From: the human T2T-CHM13v2.0 reference genome, Homo sapiens
Reading direction: 5' to 3' (one strand)
Assembly: GCF_009914755.1 (NCBI RefSeq)
Contig: NC_060940.1
DNA: 64,000 nt
Shown here: one piece after another, positions 56,755 through 64,000 of the stretch
Position numbering within the stretch: position 1 is the stretch's first letter
Layout of the letters: each line of letters opens with the position of its first letter
The notes under the pieces: model-generated
Seen by the model: only the letters and a program-made list of their open reading frames with translations
Database searches by the model: none
Told to the model about the DNA's origin: nothing
Translations under genes and position numbers: made by a program

Positions 56755-59700
56755 GATGAATCCACTCGATTCCATTTGATGATTATTCCATTGGAGTCCA
56801 CTTAGTGAATCCTTCAGATTCTACTCGAAGATGATTCCATTCCAGTCCATTCGATGATACCATTCAATTCCATTCGTTGATGCTTCCATTCAAGTGCATT
56901 CGATGATATCATTCGATTCCATTTGATGATAATTCCATTTGATTCCATGCGATGATTCTATTCGATTCCATTCAATGATAATTCCATTCAGTTCAGTGAT
57001 TCCTCTGGACTCCATTTGATGATGATTCCATTCAATGATTCCATTCGATTCTATTCGAAAATGATTCCATTTGAATCCATTTGATGATGATTCCATTAGA
57101 TTCCATTTGATGATTCCATTCGATTCCATGCGACGATGATTCCATTCGATTCCATTTGATGATTCCATTCTATTCTATTCGATGATGATTCCATTCGATT
57201 CCATTCGATGATGATTGGATTTGATTCCATTTGATGATTTCATTTGATTCCATTCGTTAATGATTTCGATCAATTCCATTCGATGATTCCATTCGATTCC
57301 ATTCGATAATGATTACATCCGTGTCCATTCAATGATTCCATTTGAGCCTGTTCGATAATTCCATTTGATTCCAACCAATGATTCCATTCATTTCCATTCA
57401 ATGATTCCATTCGAGTCCATTTGATCATTCCGGTAGGGTCCATTCGATGTTGATTCCATTGGAGTGCATTCGATGATTCCATTCGAGTCCATTTTAGGAT
57501 TTGATTCGAGTCCTTTCGATGATTCCATTCGATTCCACTCGATGATGATTTCATTCGAGTCCATTCGACACTTCCAATCGATTCCATTTGATGTTTCCAT
57601 TCGATTCCAATTGATGATTCCATTCAATTCCATTCGATGATGATTCCGTACGATTCCATTCTGTGATGATTCCATGTGATTGCATTCAATGATGATTCCT
57701 TTCGATTGCATTCGATTATGATTCATTTCGTGTTCATTCTATGGTTCCACAGGTTTCCATTCGATGATGTTTCCACTCGTGTCCATTCCATTATTCCTTT
57801 CTATTCCATTTGAAGATGATTCCATTCGATTCCATTCATTGGTGATTCCACTCAATTCCATTCAATGATTCCATTCCATTTCTTTCAACAATGATTCCAT
57901 TAGTTTCTATTCGATGATCCACTTGATTCCATTTGACGATGATTCCATTCGTGTCCATTCGAAGATTCCATTTGATTCCATATGATGATGATTCCATTCG
58001 ATTCCATACGATGATGATTCCATTCGAGTCCATTCAATGGTGATTCCATTCAATTCCATTCGATGATTCCTTTCGATTCCATTCAATGATGATGGCATTC
58101 GATTCCTTTCGATCATTCCCTTTGATTCCATTCAAAGGTGATTTCATTCAAGTCCATTCGATAATTGAATTCGATTCCATTCTATGATGATTCCATTCGA
58201 GTCCATTCGATGATTCCATTCGAGTCCATTTAATGATTCCATTGGGTTCAATTCAATGATGATTACATTGGATTCCGTTCTATGATTCCATTCAATTCCG
58301 TTCATTGACAATTTGATTCCATTCGATGATGATTCCATTTGAGTTCATTCGATGATTCTATTTGATTCTCTTCGATGGTGATTCAATTCTATTATATTGG
58401 ATGATTCCATTCGATTCCATTTGATGTTGATTCAATTCGATTCTATTCGATGATGATTCCATTGGATTTCACTTGATGATTCTATTCGATTCCATTCAAT
58501 GATGATTCACTTCTCGTCCATTGGATGATTCCATTTCATTCCATTCGACGATGATTCCATTCGATTCCATTCGATGATTCCATTTGATTCCATGCGTCGG
58601 TGAGCAATTCGATTCAATTCCATGATGATTCTATTTGATTCAATTAGATGATGTTTCCATTCGAATCCATTCCATGATTATTCCATTGGAATCCATTCGG
58701 CGATGATTCCATATGAGTCAATTCAATGATGATTCCATATGGGTCCGTTCGATGATAATTCCATTTGATTTCATTCGGTGCTTCTATTCAATTCCAGTCG
58801 ATGATGATTCCGTTGGAGTCCATACGATGATTCCATTTGATTTCATTTGATGATGATTCCATTCGATGATGATTACATTGGATTCCATTCTATGATTCCA
58901 TTCAATTCCATTCGTTGATGATTCGATTCCATTCAATGATGATTCCATTTGAGTTCATTCGATGATTCTATTCGATTCCGTTCGATGGTGATTCAATTCT
59001 CTTATATTGGATGAATCCACTCGATTCCATTTGATGATTATTCCATTGGAGTCCACTTAGTGAATCCTTCAGATTCTACTCGAAGATGATTCCATTCCAG
59101 TCCATTCGATGATACCATTCAATTCCATTCGTTGATGCTTCCATTCAAGTGCATTCGATGATATCATTCGATTCCATTTGATGATAATTCCATTTGATTC
59201 CATGCGATGATTCTATTCGATTCCATTCAATGATAATTCCATTCAGTTCAGTGATTCCTCTGGACTCCATTTGATGATGATTCCATTCAATGATTCCATT
59301 CGATTCTATTCGAAAATGATTCCATTTGAATCCATTTGATGATGATTCCATTAGATTCCATTTGATGATTCCATTCGATTCCATGCGACGATGATTCCAT
59401 TCGATTCCATTTGATGATTCCATTCTATTCTATTCGATGATGATTCCATTCGATTCCATTCGATGATGATTGGATTTGATTCCATTTGATGATTTCATTT
59501 GATTCCATTCGTTAATGATTTCGATCAATTCCATTCGATGATTCCATTCGATTCCATTCGATAATGATTACATCCGTGTCCATTCAATGATTCCATTTGA
59601 GCCTGTTCGATAATTCCATTTGATTCCAACCAATGATTCCATTCATTTCCATTCAATGATTCCATTCGAGTCCATTTGATCATTCCGGTAGGGTCCATTC

Positions 59701-62700
59701 GATGTTGATTCCATTGGAGTGCATTCGATGATTCCATTCGAGTCCATTTTAGGATTTGATTCGAGTCCTTTCGATGATTCCATTCGATTCCACTCGATGA
59801 TGATTTCATTCGAGTCCATTCGACACTTCCAATCGATTCCATTTGATGTTTCCATTCGATTCCAATTGATGATTCCATTCAATTCCATTCGATGATGATT
59901 CCGTACGATTCCATTCTGTGATGATTCCATGTGATTGCATTCAATGATGATTCCTTTCGATTGCATTCGATTATGATTCATTTCGTGTTCATTCTATGGT
60001 TCCACAGGTTTCCATTCGATGATGTTTCCATTCGTGTCCATTCCATTATTCCTTTCTATTCCATTTGAAGATGATTCCATTCGATTCCATTCATTGGTGA
60101 TTCCACTCAATTCCATTCAATGATTCCATTCCATTTCTTTCAACAATGATTCCATTAGTTTCTATTCGATGATCCACTTGATTCCATTTGACGATGATTC
60201 CATTCGTGTCCATTCGATGATTCCATTTGATTCCATATGATGATGATTCCATTCGATTCCATACGATGATGATTCCATTCGAGTCCATTCAATGGTGATT
60301 CCATTCAATTCCATTCGATGATTCCTTTCGATTCCATTCAATGATGATGGCATTCGATTCCTTTCGATCATTCCCTTTGATTCCATTCAAAGGTGATTTC
60401 ATTCAAGTCCATTCGATAATTGCATTCGATTCCATTCTATGATGATTCCATTCGAGTCCATTCGATGATTCCATTCGAGTCCATTTAATGATTCCATTGG
60501 GTTCAATTCAATGATGATTACATTGGATTCCGTTCTATGATTCCATTCAATTCCGTTCATTGACAATTTGATTCCATTCGATGATGATTCCATTTGAGTT
60601 CATTCGATGATTCTATTTGATTCTCTTCGATGGTGATTCAATTCTATTATATTGGATGATTCCATTCGATTCCATTTGATGTTGATTCAATTCGATTCTA
60701 TTCGATGATGATTCCATTGGATTTCACTTGATGATTCTATTCGATTCCATTCAATGATGATTCACTTCTCGTCCATTGGATGATTCCATTTCATTCCATT
60801 CGATGATGATTTCATTCGATTCCATTCGATGATTCCATTTGATTCCATGCGTCGGTGAGCAATTCGATTCAATTCCATGATGATTCTATTTGATTCAATT
60901 AGATGATGTTTCCATTCGAATCCATTCCATGATTATTCCATTGGAATCCATTCGGCGATGATTCCATATGAGTCAATTCAATGATGATTCCATATGGGTC
61001 CGTTCGATGATAATTCCATTTGATTTCATTCGGTGCTTCTATTCAATTCCAGTCGATGATGATTCCGTTGGAGTCCATACGATGATTCCATTTGATTTCA
61101 TTTGATGATGATTCCATTCGATGATGATTACATTGGATTCCATTCTATGATTCCATTCAATTCCATTCGTTGATGATTCGATTCCATTCAATGATGATTC
61201 CATTTGAGTTCATTCGATGATTCTATTCGATTCCGTTCGATGGTGATTCAATTCTCTTATATTGGATGAATCCACTCGATTCCATTTGATGATTATTCCA
61301 TTGGAGTCCACTTAGTGAATCCTTCAGATTCTACTCGAAGATGATTCCATTCCAGTCCATTCGATGATACCATTCAATTCCATTCGTTGATGCTTCCATT
61401 CAAGTGCATTCGATGATATCATTCGATTCCATTTGATGATAATTCCATTTGATTCCATGCGATGATTCTATTCGATTCCATTCAATGATAATTCCATTCA
61501 GTTCAGTGATTCCTCTGGACTCCATTTGATGATGATTCCATTCAATGATTCCATTCGATTCTATTCGAAAATGATTCCATTTGAATCCATTTGATGATGA
61601 TTCCATTAGATTCCATTTGATGATTCCATTCGATTCCATGCGACGATGATTCCATTCGATTCCATTTGATGATTCCATTCTATTCTATTCGATGATGATT
61701 CCATTCGATTCCATTCGATGATGATTGGATTTGATTCCATTTGATGATTTCATTTGATTCCATTCGTTAATGATTTCGATCAATTCCATTCGATGATTCC
61801 ATTCGATTCCATTCGATAATGATTACATCCGTGTCCATTCAATGATTCCATTTGAGCCTGTTCGATAATTCCATTTGATTCCAACCAATGATTCCATTCA
61901 TTTCCATTCAATGATTCCATTCGAGTCCATTTGATCATTCCGGTAGGGTCCATTCGATGTTGATTCCATTGGAGTGCATTCGATGATTCCATTCGAGTCC
62001 ATTTTAGGATTTGATTCGAGTCCTTTCGATGATTCCATTCGATTCCACTCGATGATGATTTCATTCGAGTCCATTCGACACTTCCAATCGATTCCATTTG
62101 ATGTTTCCATTCGATTCCAATTGATGATTCCATTCAATTCCATTCGATGATGATTCCGTACGATTCCATTCTGTGATGATTCCATGTGATTGCATTCAAT
62201 GATGATTCCTTTCGATTGCATTCGATTATGATTCATTTCGTGTTCATTCTATGGTTCCACAGGTTTCCATTCGATGATGTTTCCATTCGTGTCCATTCCA
62301 TTATTCCTTTCTATTCCATTTGAAGATGATTCCATTCGATTCCATTCATTGGTGATTCCACTCAATTCCATTCAATGATTCCATTCCATTTCTTTCAACA
62401 ATGATTCCATTAGTTTCTATTCGATGATCCACTTGATTCCATTTGACGATGATTCCATTCGTGTCCATTCGATGATTCCATTTGATTCCATATGATGATG
62501 ATTCCATTCGATTCCATACGATGATGATTCCATTCGAGTCCATTCAATGGTGATTCCATTCAATTCCATTCGATGATTCCTTTCGATTCCATTCAATGAT
62601 GATGGCATTCGATTCCTTTCGATCATTCCCTTTGATTCCATTCAAAGGTGATTTCATTCAAGTCCATTCGATAATTGCATTCGATTCCATTCTATGATGA

Positions 62701-64000
62701 TTCCATTCGAGTCCATTCGATGATTCCATTCGAGTCCATTTAATGATTCCATTGGGTTCAATTCAATGATGATTACATTGGATTCCGTTCTATGATTCCA
62801 TTCAATTCCGTTCATTGACAATTTGATTCCATTCGATGATGATTCCATTTGAGTTCATTCGATGATTCTATTTGATTCTCTTCGATGGTGATTCAATTCT
62901 ATTATATTGGATGATTCCATTCGATTCCATTTGATGTTGATTCAATTCGATTCTATTCGATGATGATTCCATTGGATTTCACTTGATGATTCTATTCGAT
63001 TCCATTCAATGATGATTCACTTCTCGTCCATTGGATGATTCCATTTCATTCCATTCGATGATGATTCCATTCGATTCCATTCGATGATTCCATTTGATTC
63101 CATGCGTCGGTGAGCAATTCGATTCAATTCCATGATGATTCTATTTGATTCAATTAGATGATGTTTCCATTCGAATCCATTCCATGATTATTCCATTGGA
63201 ATCCATTCGGCGATGATTCCATATGAGTCAATTCAATGATGATTCCATATGGGTCCGTTCGATGATAATTCCATTTGATTTCATTCGGTGCTTCTATTCA
63301 ATTCCAGTCGATGATGATTCCGTTGGAGTCCATACGATGATTCCATTTGATTTCATTTGATGATGATTCCATTCGATGATGATTACATTGGATTCCATTC
63401 TATGATTCCATTCAATTCCATTCGTTGATGATTCGATTCCATTCAATGATGATTCCATTTGAGTTCATTCGATGATTCTATTCGATTCCGTTCGATGGTG
63501 ATTCAATTCTCTTATATTGGATGAATCCACTCGATTCCATTTGATGATTATTCCATTGGAGTCCACTTAGTGAATCCTTCAGATTCTACTCGAAGATGAT
63601 TCCATTCCAGTCCATTCGATGATACCATTCAATTCCATTCGTTGATGCTTCCATTCAAGTGCATTCGATGATATCATTCGATTCCATTTGATGATAATTC
63701 CATTTGATTCCATGCGATGATTCTATTCGATTCCATTCAATGATAATTCCATTCAGTTCAGTGATTCCTCTGGACTCCATTTGATGATGATTCCATTCAA
63801 TGATTCCATTCGATTCTATTCGAAAATGATTCCATTTGAATCCATTTGATGATGATTCCATTAGATTCCATTTGATGATTCCATTCGATTCCATGCGACG
63901 ATGATTCCATTCGATTCCATTTGATGATTCCATTCTATTCTATTCGATGATGATTCCATTCGATTCCATTCGATGATGATTGGATTTGATTCCATTTGAT
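55929..64000 (+). repeat. 2,255-bp tandem array (type D), about 3.6 copies, truncated by the window edge
   Basis: Landmarks at 56890/59145/61400/63655 and novel junctions at 58184, 60439 and 62694 all recur at +2255. Confidence 0.95.

Larger units (their letters stand above)
1..64000 (+). repeat. Human satellite 2 (HSat2/HSATII) array, CATTC strand on +; probably HSat2B (chr16q11.2-like)
   Basis: The sequence consists throughout of degenerate ATTCC/ATTCG pentamers punctuated by (ATG)1-2, giving 23/26-bp sub-units such as GATGATTCCATTCGAGTCCATTC, with dense TCGA and GANTC sites. The frequent ATG interruptions separate it from HSat3. The subfamily call rests on recalled ~6.1-kb periodicity of chr16 HSat2B and is less certain than the family call. 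Confidence 0.96.

Noticed and set aside
491-63933. Numerous minus-strand ORFs of 60-164 aa (MESSNGIEWNH-like)
   Set aside because: They are translations of (GAATG/GAATC)n satellite, open in several overlapping frames and repeating with the unit period. They gain and lose stops between copies and have no recognisable domain. The minus-strand bias reflects TGA-rich GATGATGA on the + strand.
1-64000. CRISPR-like or other prokaryotic repeat-spacer system
   Set aside because: There is no constant repeat alternating with unique spacers and no cas or other genes. All sequence is degenerate pentamer satellite.
1-64000. Inversion or strand switch, or an embedded Alu/L1
   Set aside because: CATTC polarity is on the + strand throughout, and I saw no GAATG-oriented tract or non-satellite island.

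Overview
The whole 64-kb window is one uninterrupted, single-orientation array of (CATTC)n-derived satellite with the CATTCGATTC/GATGATGATTC signature of human satellite 2 (HSat2/HSATII). The 6,112-bp period matches my recollection of the HSat2B period on chr16q11.2, but the chromosome is inferred, not shown. I found no credible protein-coding gene, RNA gene, transposon or CRISPR array, and the listed ORFs are translations of the satellite. The interesting content is the higher-order architecture. Taking position 2985 as phase origin, the units are A(6112) A(6112) A(6112) B(4107) C(5863) B(4130) C(5840) A'(6161) B(4130) C'(5203), followed by a young 2,255-bp array running to the end. B units carry a 1,831-bp HSat2 block absent from A. 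Every length difference is accounted for by indels I could locate (3, 10, 13, 16, 23, 49, 72, 170, 650 bp), mostly at short homologies. A DUX4-consensus motif varies in density between unit types.
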